This document shows positions 19,794 through 28,588 of a stretch of 64,000 bases of DNA, one piece after another (positions within the stretch are counted from its first letter, which is position 1; every line of letters begins with the position of its first letter). The notes beneath the pieces were generated by a model. That model ran no database searches. It was not told the DNA's origin and saw only the letters and a list, made by a program, of their open reading frames with translations. This stretch comes from a virus. The stretch is taken from positions 1-64,000 of IMG/VR virus record IMGVR_UViG_3300032020_000845. The stretch is one strand, 5' to 3'. Position numbers and translations under genes: made by a program.

Positions 19794-20770
19794 TTACGAC
19801 AGTAGTAGGAAGTTATCCTAAAATTTCTTCTGATAAAACAGCTTTGAATTTGAGGAATTCTTTAAATAGGTTTGATAAGGGAGAATTATCAGAGGAAGAT
19901 TTGAAAGTGATCTATGATAGAGTTATTTTAAGGGTGGTTCAGGAACAAGAAGAAATCGGAATTGATGTAGTAACTGATGGTCAGATTCGATGGGAAGATC
20001 TTTTTGATGGGGTGAGCCAAAGTTCTTGCGGATGTAAAAGAGGATCTTTGGTAAGATTTTTTGATAATAATTTCTATTATAGAACTCCAATAGTAATGAG
20101 TTATATGGATCGTTTGCAGGCCAGGGATTTTGAAGGATATAATCGGATAGTGGATGATTTTATATTTTTAAGAAAATGTTCAGCTGTGAGAGTAAAGGCG
20201 GTGGTTCCAGGTCCTATGACTTTTGTGGCTTTGGTTGAGGATAAGATGTTTAACAATAGGTTGGAATTGATGAAGGATTATTCTCGATTTTTATGTAGAT
20301 TGTCGAGAAAGTTAGATAGGCTTGGAGCATTTTATATTCAATTGGATGAGCCTATTTTTGGGTTTGATTGTGAAATGGTTCCATATTTTGAATATTTGAA
20401 GAGTATTGAGGAAATAAGAGGTGGGATGAAAGCAAGATTGTTTGTGCATACATATTTTGGGAAGTTTCATCACTTGTGGTTGGGTAGTTTAGATATTGAC
20501 GGTTTGGGCGTGGATGTTGTTAGTGATCCCAAAAGTTTAGAAAATTTATTAGACTTAGACTTTAGGAAGATTATAGTTTTAGGCTGCATTGATGCCAGGA
20601 CAACCAAGATGGAAAATGAGAAAGAGGTGGTTAAAATTGTAGGTAAGGTGGTAGAGAAGTTTGGAAAAGAAAATGTTTGGTTAAGTCCTTCGTGTGGTCT
20701 TGAGTTTATTCCTCATGATATAGTAATAAAGAAGTTGGAGTTGTTGAAGAGAGTAGCAATGATATTTTAG
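19787..20770 (+). CDS. Split MetE N-terminal-type (non-catalytic) subunit
   Basis: VGSYPK, TDGQIRW, RFFDNNFYY, PGPMT, IQLDEP, HTYFG, IDARTT, SPSCGLE; lacks the HxC Zn motif. Confidence 0.8.
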   Translation: MLITTVVGSYPKISSDKTALNLRNSLNRFDKGELSEEDLKVIYDRVILRVVQEQEEIGIDVVTDGQIRWEDLFDGVSQSSCGCKRGSLVRFFDNNFYYRTPIVMSYMDRLQARDFEGYNRIVDDFIFLRKCSAVRVKAVVPGPMTFVALVEDKMFNNRLELMKDYSRFLCRLSRKLDRLGAFYIQLDEPIFGFDCEMVPYFEYLKSIEEIRGGMKARLFVHTYFGKFHHLWLGSLDIDGLGVDVVSDPKSLENLLDLDFRKIIVLGCIDARTTKMENEKEVVKIVGKVVEKFGKENVWLSPSCGLEFIPHDIVIKKLELLKRVAMIF

Positions 20771-20803
20771 AAGGAAATTGTGATTAACCAAAAAAAGAGG
20801 TAA

Positions 20804-21388
20804 ATGATATATTGTTCTGTTGAAGAATTTTTAAAAGCAATATTGGAAAAACCTTTTGAAGAAGGTTGGGATGAGAACGGAGAGCCTCCTTTTTGTAAGT
20901 TATGTCAAGAAGTTTTTGAGATAATAAAACCCTTTAATACTTTTTTAGAAATAGGTCTAGGTTTTGGAGATTTTTCATTATATTTATTAAGCCAGCACAA
21001 AAAAGTTGAAATGTTGGATGTTAAAGAAGATACTTTGATATCTATGAAAAAGATTTGTGAAGAAAGAAATTATAATTATGTTTTTCATCATCAAGATATA
21101 ACCAATCCAAAGATATCTAAAATCTATGATGTGGTAATTGCAATTGAGGTTATTGAACACATTAAGGATTACAAAAAAGCTATTTTTAATATGATGAAAT
21201 TAGCGAAGCATAAAGTTATTTTGACTACCCCAGTTTTAGGAAGTTTTTATAGTTTAGATCATAAACATGTTTTTTCAGAATCTGATTTTAAATTTATTAA
21301 TAAGGCCTATAAAATTAAACGTATTATAACAAAGAAGAAAGATATTTCAACTAGTAAAAGAGCTTTTTTAATTGAGATTAATATTTAA
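20804..21388 (+). CDS. Class I SAM methyltransferase
   Basis: LEIGLGFG, YDVVIAIEVIEH, ILTTP. Confidence 0.85.
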   Translation: MIYCSVEEFLKAILEKPFEEGWDENGEPPFCKLCQEVFEIIKPFNTFLEIGLGFGDFSLYLLSQHKKVEMLDVKEDTLISMKKICEERNYNYVFHHQDITNPKISKIYDVVIAIEVIEHIKDYKKAIFNMMKLAKHKVILTTPVLGSFYSLDHKHVFSESDFKFINKAYKIKRIITKKKDISTSKRAFLIEINI

Positions 21389-21397
21389 GGAGAAAAT

Positions 21398-22651
21398 ATG
21401 GGTAAGTTTAAGTTGCTTGAAAAAGCTTCGATGGAATTTGAAAAAAAGTTAGGTTTAGTTTTTCCTGAACCTGAACCTGAGATTAAAGAAATCCCTAAAA
21501 ATAAAAGACCTTCGGATAGAAAAAGAATACCTGTTTGTTGGCCCTCAATTACTGCTTTAGAAAAAGAATATGTTTTTAGAGTTGTTAATGATGGTTGGGT
21601 TTCTTCTTTAGGTCCTGAAGTTAAAAAATTTGAAAAAGAATATGCAGAAAAGTTTGGAGTTAAATATGCAATATCTTGTACTAATGGAACCGAAGCTCTT
21701 CATTTAGCAGTTGCTTCTTTAGGTATCGGTCCTGGAGATGAAGTTATTCTTCCAACATTTACAATGGTTGCCTCTATAAATTCTGTTCTTTATATGGGAG
21801 CAACTCCTATATTAGTAGATGCTGATGATCATTTAAATATAGATGTAAAACAAATTGAGCAAAAAATAACTAAAAATACTAAAGCCATTATGCCAGTACA
21901 TATTTATGGGTGCCCTTGTGATATGACTGAAATAATGAGATTGGCTAAAAAGTATAATTTGAGGGTGATTGAGGATGTTGCAGAAAGTCATGGCTCATTT
22001 TATAAAGGAAAAATTACAGGGAGTATCGGAGATGTTGGGTGTTATTCTTTTTATGCAAATAAAATCATCACTTGTGGAGAAGGTGGGATGTTAACTACTA
22101 ATAATGAGGAACTTGCAGAAAGAATTAGGACTTTAATGAACCACGCTTTTAGTCTCGAGCGTCATTTTTGCCATAGACTCGTGGGTTTTAATTGTAGAAT
22201 GACTGCTCTGCAAGCGGCTCTTGGCAGAGCTCAATTAAAAAGATTTGATAAGATATTGGCGAAAAAAGAACAATTACGCAATAGATATATTCAAAATTTA
22301 CGTATTTCCCCAAGAATTTATATTCCTAATAGGGATCCAGAAGAAGGAATAAAATCTGTTTGTTGGATGTTTGGAGTGCAAATAATTGAAGATTATTTTC
22401 CTGTTAAAGGGAATATAAAAAATAAAGTTAGAAATTTATTAGCTAAAAGAGGAATAGAAACAAGAAACTTTTTTGTTCCAATGCATTTACAACCCATTCA
22501 ATATAAAAGATTTGAAGGGCAAAGATATCCTATATCTGAATCATTAATGGAGTCTGGATTTTACTTGCCGTCTGCAGTGGATTTAAATGTGGATGAAATA
22601 GATTATGTTTGTGAGCATTTATTAGATATTGTGGAAGGAATAAAGATATGA
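21398..22651 (+). CDS. DegT/DnrJ/EryC1/StrS PLP sugar aminotransferase (perosamine synthetase-like)
   Basis: NGTEALHLA, GPGDEVI, PVHIYG, IEDVAES, SFYANKIITCGEGG. Confidence 0.92.
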   Translation: MGKFKLLEKASMEFEKKLGLVFPEPEPEIKEIPKNKRPSDRKRIPVCWPSITALEKEYVFRVVNDGWVSSLGPEVKKFEKEYAEKFGVKYAISCTNGTEALHLAVASLGIGPGDEVILPTFTMVASINSVLYMGATPILVDADDHLNIDVKQIEQKITKNTKAIMPVHIYGCPCDMTEIMRLAKKYNLRVIEDVAESHGSFYKGKITGSIGDVGCYSFYANKIITCGEGGMLTTNNEELAERIRTLMNHAFSLERHFCHRLVGFNCRMTALQAALGRAQLKRFDKILAKKEQLRNRYIQNLRISPRIYIPNRDPEEGIKSVCWMFGVQIIEDYFPVKGNIKNKVRNLLAKRGIETRNFFVPMHLQPIQYKRFEGQRYPISESLMESGFYLPSAVDLNVDEIDYVCEHLLDIVEGIKI

Positions 22652-23367
22652 TTGAATTATTAGATCCTTCTCTTAAAATAAATTTAGATTATATTGCTAT
22701 TGATTACTTATTAGTTGGTATTTGTGAAAAAAGTCATGGTTTGGAGGGGGCGGAGGGTCTTATGAAATCTCATTATATGCTAGATTACCCTTGGCTTTTT
22801 TTGCATACTCCAATAACGCCAAAAAGTAAAGTTCTTGATGCTGGGTGCGGCAGGGGAGTTTTTCAGATTTTTTTAGCTAATAAATGTGAATTATATACTG
22901 TAGATAGAAGGGGGTTTCATATCGAAGAATGGTCAAAAGAAAAAGAAAAACAATTCAATGTAAAATTAAATTTTTCTTGTCAAGATTTAAAAAATACAAA
23001 TTATGAAGATAATTTTTTCGATCATATAGTGTCTTGTAGTTCTTTGGAACATAATTCATTTGAGGATGCAAAACTTATATTTAAAGAATTAGAAAGAATT
23101 TTAAAGCCTGGAGGAAGAATTGTTTTTACCTTAGTTGCTTGGAGAGAATTTAAGGTTTTATATGGAAATGCGAAAGACCCTATTATTATGTGTTATACTG
23201 ATGAAAAAATAAAAGAATTGATTGAAGGAACAAATTTAAAGTTATTGAGTGATGAAAATAATTTTGACCAATTTGAAGATCTTATTAAGAAGTTTTGCAA
23301 AGAATATCCAATGTATGGGGCTGATTATATACCAGTTGGAGTAGTTTTTCAAAAGGATAATGTATGA
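22648..23367 (+). CDS. Class I SAM methyltransferase
   Basis: VLDAGCGRG, FDHIVSCSSLEH, RILKPGG. Confidence 0.9.
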   Translation: MIELLDPSLKINLDYIAIDYLLVGICEKSHGLEGAEGLMKSHYMLDYPWLFLHTPITPKSKVLDAGCGRGVFQIFLANKCELYTVDRRGFHIEEWSKEKEKQFNVKLNFSCQDLKNTNYEDNFFDHIVSCSSLEHNSFEDAKLIFKELERILKPGGRIVFTLVAWREFKVLYGNAKDPIIMCYTDEKIKELIEGTNLKLLSDENNFDQFEDLIKKFCKEYPMYGADYIPVGVVFQKDNV

Positions 23368-24308
23368 AAATACTATTAATTATAAAAACAGATAATTCTT
23401 TTTCTAATGGTATTCGCATATGGGAATCTTTAGTACGTTTAGGACATGAAGTACATGCCGTTTCTTTTGGAAAATCAATAGAGGAATATTGTTCAAAGTA
23501 TAAAAAATTTAATCCAGATTTTGTATTTCAAATAGGAATAGGCCCTCTAAAGGGTGATCTTAGTATGCAACAAGGATTGAAAGATTTGGAAGCAAAACTG
23601 GTATTGTGGTACCCAGATGCTTATTGGTTGTTTCAAGAGCCATCAAGATCTTATTTTTTAGATGCTTTTAATATATTTGATTTATTTCTTGTTACCATGA
23701 GAGGACATGTAGAAGTTGCTATTCCTTATACAAATAAAGTTGTTTGGGCTCCTCATTATTTTGATTCAACTTTTTTTAAAACAGATAAAGTTTTGGAACA
23801 AGAAAATGATGTTATTTTTGTAGGAGGTAAAACTGAAGCATCTCCTCAGAGAGAAGAATATTTAAAAGATGTTGAAAAGGAAGGCTATAAGTTAGAAGTT
23901 ATTGGGTATGGTTTTAATATTAATAACAAAAGAACTCATGCTGATTGGAATGGGGAGCATATTGCTTCCGTTTATAAAAATTCTAAAATAGGGTTGAATA
24001 TAATTTCAGGAGGTATACTAAATTGCGATTTGCAATTTTCTGCAAGAGTATATCAAACAATGGGATGTGGATGTTTTCTTTTAACTGAATATATTCCAAA
24101 TATTGAAGAACTTTTTACTCCAAAAAAGCACCTTGATGTATTTTATACTAAAGAAGAAATGTTAGAAAAGATTGATTATTATTTAAAACATCCTGAAATT
24201 AGAGAAGAAGTTGCAAAACAAGGACAAGAGGAAGTTTTGAAAAATCATGATATTGACATTCGCATAAACCAATATTTAGAAATAATTAGAAAGGAATTAC
24301 ACATATGA
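23364..24308 (+). CDS. CgeB-like glycosyltransferase
   Basis: DVIFVG, YKNSKIGLN, SARVYQTMGCGCFLLT. Confidence 0.85.
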   Translation: MKILLIIKTDNSFSNGIRIWESLVRLGHEVHAVSFGKSIEEYCSKYKKFNPDFVFQIGIGPLKGDLSMQQGLKDLEAKLVLWYPDAYWLFQEPSRSYFLDAFNIFDLFLVTMRGHVEVAIPYTNKVVWAPHYFDSTFFKTDKVLEQENDVIFVGGKTEASPQREEYLKDVEKEGYKLEVIGYGFNINNKRTHADWNGEHIASVYKNSKIGLNIISGGILNCDLQFSARVYQTMGCGCFLLTEYIPNIEELFTPKKHLDVFYTKEEMLEKIDYYLKHPEIREEVAKQGQEEVLKNHDIDIRINQYLEIIRKELHI

Positions 24309-25258
24309 GAATCTTGGTAATAGCAAAAAGATTTAAAAGTACTAATGGAAGTTTAAATGCATATCAAAGTGGTATTCGGATTTCTGAAGAGTTAAAAAGA
24401 CAAAAACATGAAGTTGCTACTTTTTTCTATAATTCTAAAATAGCTGATATAAAGAAAAATTATTTGGAATTTCAACCGCATTTTGTTTTTCAGACTGGTG
24501 GAGTAAATAGAAGTTTTGATATTGCAAAATGTTTAAAAAGTTTAGGCGCAAAAATTGTGTTGTGGCATCCAGATGCTTATTTTCTTTTGCAAAAAGATTC
24601 TAAAAAGTTATTTTTAGAAGTATTTGACATAGTTGATTTGTTTATAACTACTATGAAAGGGCATGTAGAAATTGCAAAACCTTATACTGATAAAGTAGTT
24701 TGGAGTCCTCACTTTTTTGATCATACTTATTATAAATCTGATAAAAATTTATCAAAAGCGCATGACGTAATTTTTGTAGGAAATAAAACTCCTTGTTCTC
24801 TTCAACGTAAAGGATATTTTGAAAGTATAGTTAAAGACAATTATAAGTTAGCTATTGTAGGTTGGGGATTTGACCGGCTTGGAGGTGTTATTAACTATGG
24901 CGGGGAATTTATTGCAGATTATTACAAAAGTTCTAAAATTGGTTTAAATATTATTTCTGGAGAAGACCTGAATTATAATTTACAATTTTCAGTTCGTGTT
25001 TATCAAGTGATGGGTTGTGGGTGTTTTTTACTTACAGAATATATTCCAGGAATTGAGGAACTTTTTATTCTTAAAAAACATCTTGATGTGTTTCATACTA
25101 AAGAGGAAATGTTAGAGAAAATTAAGTATTATTTGGAACATGAAGAAGAAAGAAATAAAATTGCAGCGCAGGGACAAAAAGAAGTTTTTGATAAATACAC
25201 AATTGACAAAAGTGTTCATAGATACCTTTCTATTATTCAGGAGAGATTGGAGTTATGA
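24305..25258 (+). CDS. CgeB-like glycosyltransferase (tandem paralog of 23364)
   Basis: Same motifs; high similarity to the preceding gene. Confidence 0.85.
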   Translation: MRILVIAKRFKSTNGSLNAYQSGIRISEELKRQKHEVATFFYNSKIADIKKNYLEFQPHFVFQTGGVNRSFDIAKCLKSLGAKIVLWHPDAYFLLQKDSKKLFLEVFDIVDLFITTMKGHVEIAKPYTDKVVWSPHFFDHTYYKSDKNLSKAHDVIFVGNKTPCSLQRKGYFESIVKDNYKLAIVGWGFDRLGGVINYGGEFIADYYKSSKIGLNIISGEDLNYNLQFSVRVYQVMGCGCFLLTEYIPGIEELFILKKHLDVFHTKEEMLEKIKYYLEHEEERNKIAAQGQKEVFDKYTIDKSVHRYLSIIQERLEL

Positions 25259-26289
25259 AAATTGGAACAATAGGATATTCTAATGCTTCTGGATTAGGGG
25301 TAATGTTGAAATTTTTTAGGAAACATCTCGAGATGGATAGTCAACTTGTTATAGATTGGGAAGCAAAAGGAATGAATTTAGAAGACTTAGGTTGTAAGTA
25401 TGTTGTGACTTCTAAGGAATATCCGAGTATAGAAACTCTTGAGGAGTTTATAAGTTTTAAACCCGATGTAGCTTTGATAATAGAGTATCCATTTTGTTGG
25501 GACTATTTAAAAATTTTAAAAGAAAAAGGAATTAAGATTGTTTATATTCCTATGTTGGATAGTGTGGGATTAAATGTTCTTGAACTATGTAAAGATTTTG
25601 TAGATTTGTGGCTTTGTGTTACTAAACATAGTTATAAACTAATTCAATTAAAAGGATGGAAATGTTGTTATTTACCATATCCTGTTGATACAAATTATTT
25701 CAAATTTGAAAATAGAAAATTATGTGAAAAGAATTTAACATTTCTTCATAATGCTGGATATTGTAATCCAAGAAAGGGTACAGATTTAGTTTTTGCTGCT
25801 TACTTAAAATTGAAAGAAAAAATTCCTAATATATCCTTGATTGTGAATTCTCAAGTACCTATGCCTTTTGTGGAAGGCCCCGATATTAGAATACATAATA
25901 CTAAAGAGTTATCTGATTTATATAGGGGAGGTAATATTTATTTAGCTCCTTCAAGAAAAGAAGGATTAGGACTTCCTATTTATGAAGCAATGGCATATGG
26001 TTTTCCTGTGATTACAACAAATGCTCCTCCAATGAATGAAGTGGTAACTGATGAAAGGCTGTTAGTAAAAGTTGAAAATTTTGGGGAAGGTTTGTTTAGT
26101 ATAATAGGAGGAATTGCTTTTGAACCAAGTTTAGATAATTTGGTTTTAAAAATGGAACATATAGTAAATGCTGATTTAGATGCTATATCGAAAGCAAGTA
26201 GAAAAGTTATTGAAGAAAAATTTTCCTGGAATATTTTGAAATCAGAATATTTGAATGTTTTTCAAAAAGTAGTTGATGGGAAATTATGA
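25255..26289 (+). CDS. Glycosyltransferase, GT-B fold (GT4-like)
   Basis: RKGTD, PSRKEGLGLPIYEAMAYGFPVITTNAPPMNE. Confidence 0.9.
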   Translation: MKIGTIGYSNASGLGVMLKFFRKHLEMDSQLVIDWEAKGMNLEDLGCKYVVTSKEYPSIETLEEFISFKPDVALIIEYPFCWDYLKILKEKGIKIVYIPMLDSVGLNVLELCKDFVDLWLCVTKHSYKLIQLKGWKCCYLPYPVDTNYFKFENRKLCEKNLTFLHNAGYCNPRKGTDLVFAAYLKLKEKIPNISLIVNSQVPMPFVEGPDIRIHNTKELSDLYRGGNIYLAPSRKEGLGLPIYEAMAYGFPVITTNAPPMNEVVTDERLLVKVENFGEGLFSIIGGIAFEPSLDNLVLKMEHIVNADLDAISKASRKVIEEKFSWNILKSEYLNVFQKVVDGKL

Positions 26290-27275
26290 AAATATTAGTA
26301 TTTGCTTATTGTAATAAACCTTATCAAAATGGTCTTTTAATTGCTAGAGAAATGAAAACTCTTGGGCATGAAGTTTTAGTTAAATGTTTGGTTGAAAAAG
26401 AAAGGTGTCTACCATATTCTCATCCTTTAAAACCTGGATCTGCTAAATATGTATATGAACAGCAGATGTTTGAATTTGCGAAACAGTTTAACCCCGATTA
26501 TTTATTTGTGACTGGTACAGGGGTAGAGCCTAAAGAGTTTTTTGAAGGAATCTCTAAATTAGGAATAAAGTTAGTATTGTGGAATGCGGACGCTTATGTT
26601 CCAGATAAAGATAAAGGGTATTGGGATAGATATAAAGGGGTGTTTGATTTGATTATAACTTCTGTGGAAGGTATGGCAAAAGTTTTAGAGGATTATGCGA
26701 AGAGTGTTACATTTTTACCTCAGTATTATGATAATGTTTATTATAAGCCAACTATTAAAAGGTTAGATGCAGAACATGAAATTTATGACATATGTTTTAT
26801 TGGAAATACTCAAAGGGGACGGGGAATTTTTGCAAGAGAGAATTGTATTAAAGCTCTAAACAAGTTTTGTAAAGTAACAGTTTTTGGGAATGTATCTGGG
26901 GTTTCTTCTAAGGCAGAACTTTATGGTACAGAGATGGCTAATGTTTATAGGCAGTCTAAAATTACATTTGATACCCTGCACGTAATAAAAAAGGATTTAG
27001 GTTGGAAAATTTCGGATAGAATTTTTAAAGCTATGGGTTGTGGCTGTTTTTTCATTTGTCCTCCAATGCAGGGACTTGAACAATTTTTTACTCCGGGAAA
27101 ACATTTAGTAATTTATGATGGAAGTGTTGAAGATTTAGAATTAAAAGTTAAATATTATTTAGAATATGAAGATGAAAGAGAAAAAATAGCAAAACGTGGT
27201 TATGAAGAAATTATGAAAAATCATACTATTGGTGTTAGAGTAAATCAATATTTGGATGTGATGGGAAGAATATGA
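26286..27275 (+). CDS. CgeB-like glycosyltransferase (paralog of 12942)
   Basis: QYYD..YYKPTI.RLD..EIY..CFIG, SDRIFKAMGCG. Confidence 0.85.
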   Translation: MKILVFAYCNKPYQNGLLIAREMKTLGHEVLVKCLVEKERCLPYSHPLKPGSAKYVYEQQMFEFAKQFNPDYLFVTGTGVEPKEFFEGISKLGIKLVLWNADAYVPDKDKGYWDRYKGVFDLIITSVEGMAKVLEDYAKSVTFLPQYYDNVYYKPTIKRLDAEHEIYDICFIGNTQRGRGIFARENCIKALNKFCKVTVFGNVSGVSSKAELYGTEMANVYRQSKITFDTLHVIKKDLGWKISDRIFKAMGCGCFFICPPMQGLEQFFTPGKHLVIYDGSVEDLELKVKYYLEYEDEREKIAKRGYEEIMKNHTIGVRVNQYLDVMGRI

Positions 27276-28045
27276 AATTATTTTCGAGTTTTACGAAAGT
27301 TATAGAAATTATTCCTCCTTCGGGTAAAGATATGAACTCGTTTTTTAAGAGTATTAAGGTATTGAAAGAAACAGGTGTTAAGGTGGTTAGTGTTGTATCT
27401 AATCCTATGGCACAACCAAAATTGCCCGCTTTGTATATTGCTCAATATTTGATATCAGAAGGATTTAAAACAATTGTTCATTATCCTCTTTCTGGAAGGT
27501 CTGAAGTTATAGTGAAATCTGATATGCTTCAGGCAGTATCAATGGGAGTAGATGTTATGCTTATTTTATCTGGAGATCCTCATGGAATAACGTTTGAATC
27601 TGGTATGAATATATTAGATGCTATTAAATTTGTAAGATCGCATAATATTTTAGTTGGGGTCGCCGCAAACCCTAATAAAATAAACCATGAGCATTTAAAA
27701 GCCAAAGTAGATGCTGGTGCAAATTATTTTCAAACTCAACCAGTGTTTACAATAGATTGTGCATTAAAGTTTTTGAAAGAAATAGAACAATACAATTTAC
27801 CTGTGTTAATAGGTATAGTGGTTCCAAAATCTAAAAAACATCTAGAAAGATTATTACAAATTCCTGGAGTGGTTATACCAAAAGAATATTTGAAAAGTTT
27901 TGAACAAATAAATACAGAAGAAGATTTTATGACAAATGCTTTTGCGCGCGCGAATAAAATTATTGAAACGATTAAAGAAATGACAGCTGGAGTTTATTTG
28001 TCTATGCCTCAGTCTATGTTTAGATATATAGGAGAGAAAATATAA
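27272..28045 (+). CDS. metF: Methylenetetrahydrofolate reductase family protein
   Basis: EIIPP, NPMA.P, LSGDP, GVAANPN, KVDAGANYFQTQPVF, PGVVIP. Confidence 0.8.
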   Translation: MKLFSSFTKVIEIIPPSGKDMNSFFKSIKVLKETGVKVVSVVSNPMAQPKLPALYIAQYLISEGFKTIVHYPLSGRSEVIVKSDMLQAVSMGVDVMLILSGDPHGITFESGMNILDAIKFVRSHNILVGVAANPNKINHEHLKAKVDAGANYFQTQPVFTIDCALKFLKEIEQYNLPVLIGIVVPKSKKHLERLLQIPGVVIPKEYLKSFEQINTEEDFMTNAFARANKIIETIKEMTAGVYLSMPQSMFRYIGEKI

Positions 28046-28071
28046 AAATAAAACAAAAGAGTTGGGGTTTA

Positions 28072-28095
28072 TTTGTGTATAATATATAAATGATA
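28072..28095 (+). promoter_or_regulatory. Conserved phage promoter motif
   Basis: tttgtgtataatatataaatgata, identical at 30074..30097; RBS follows. Confidence 0.75.
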
Positions 28096-28114
28096 AGAAA
28101 AAGGAGGAAGAAAT

Positions 28115-28258
28115 ATGAATAAGTTAATTTTGTTATTTGTTGGACTTTTGACTATTTGTCCCAACCTTTACTTCTTCTTCTTTCTTTTCCTTCTTTTCCT
28201 TTTCTTGTCTTTTTCTTTGTTGTGCAATAGACCTAGAAAAGGGCTAGGAACAAGATAA
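28115..28258 (+). CDS. 47-aa hydrophobic peptide / lipoprotein-gene remnant
   Basis: AAGGAGG RBS; MNKLILLFVGLL matches the start of the 48185 gene; continues into a pyrimidine-rich tract. Confidence 0.45.
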   Translation: MNKLILLFVGLLTICPNLYFFFFLFLLFLFLSFSLLCNRPRKGLGTR

Positions 28259-28288
28259 TAAATGTATTTTAAAAATAGGAGTTTTGAA

Positions 28289-28585
28289 ATGGATGGTAGA
28301 GAGTTTTTAGATTCTATTATAAAAAGTGGTGAAGAAGTTTTTATTACCCTTAAGCCAACATCAATAGGAGAGATTAGAGTTGTAAGGGGGACAATTATTT
28401 GGAGTGATGAAGATACAATAGGTATTAAATTTGTTATAGAAGAAAAAGATGGGACTTATGATAGTTCTCTTTCTGCCTTACCTGTTGTAAACATTAGGAA
28501 AAAAATTGTTTTATGTTATAAATCTGCTATTGAAAATATTGATGGTGGATGGGAAAAAGTAGTAAAAGAAGAAGAGTTATTTTAA
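28289..28585 (+). CDS. Putative Hfq/Sm-fold RNA-binding protein
   Basis: FLDSII...VFITL...RGTI.W.D (Sm1-like) and VLCYKSAI (cf. Hfq YKHAI, Sm2). Confidence 0.5.
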   Translation: MDGREFLDSIIKSGEEVFITLKPTSIGEIRVVRGTIIWSDEDTIGIKFVIEEKDGTYDSSLSALPVVNIRKKIVLCYKSAIENIDGGWEKVVKEEELF

Positions 28586-28588
28586 AGT

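Noticed and set aside
5650-28045. Host chromosomal LPS/capsule locus
   Set aside because: Flanked by baseplate and phage replication genes, interspersed with phage-type small ORFs, and lacking transport, polymerase and NDP-sugar activation genes.
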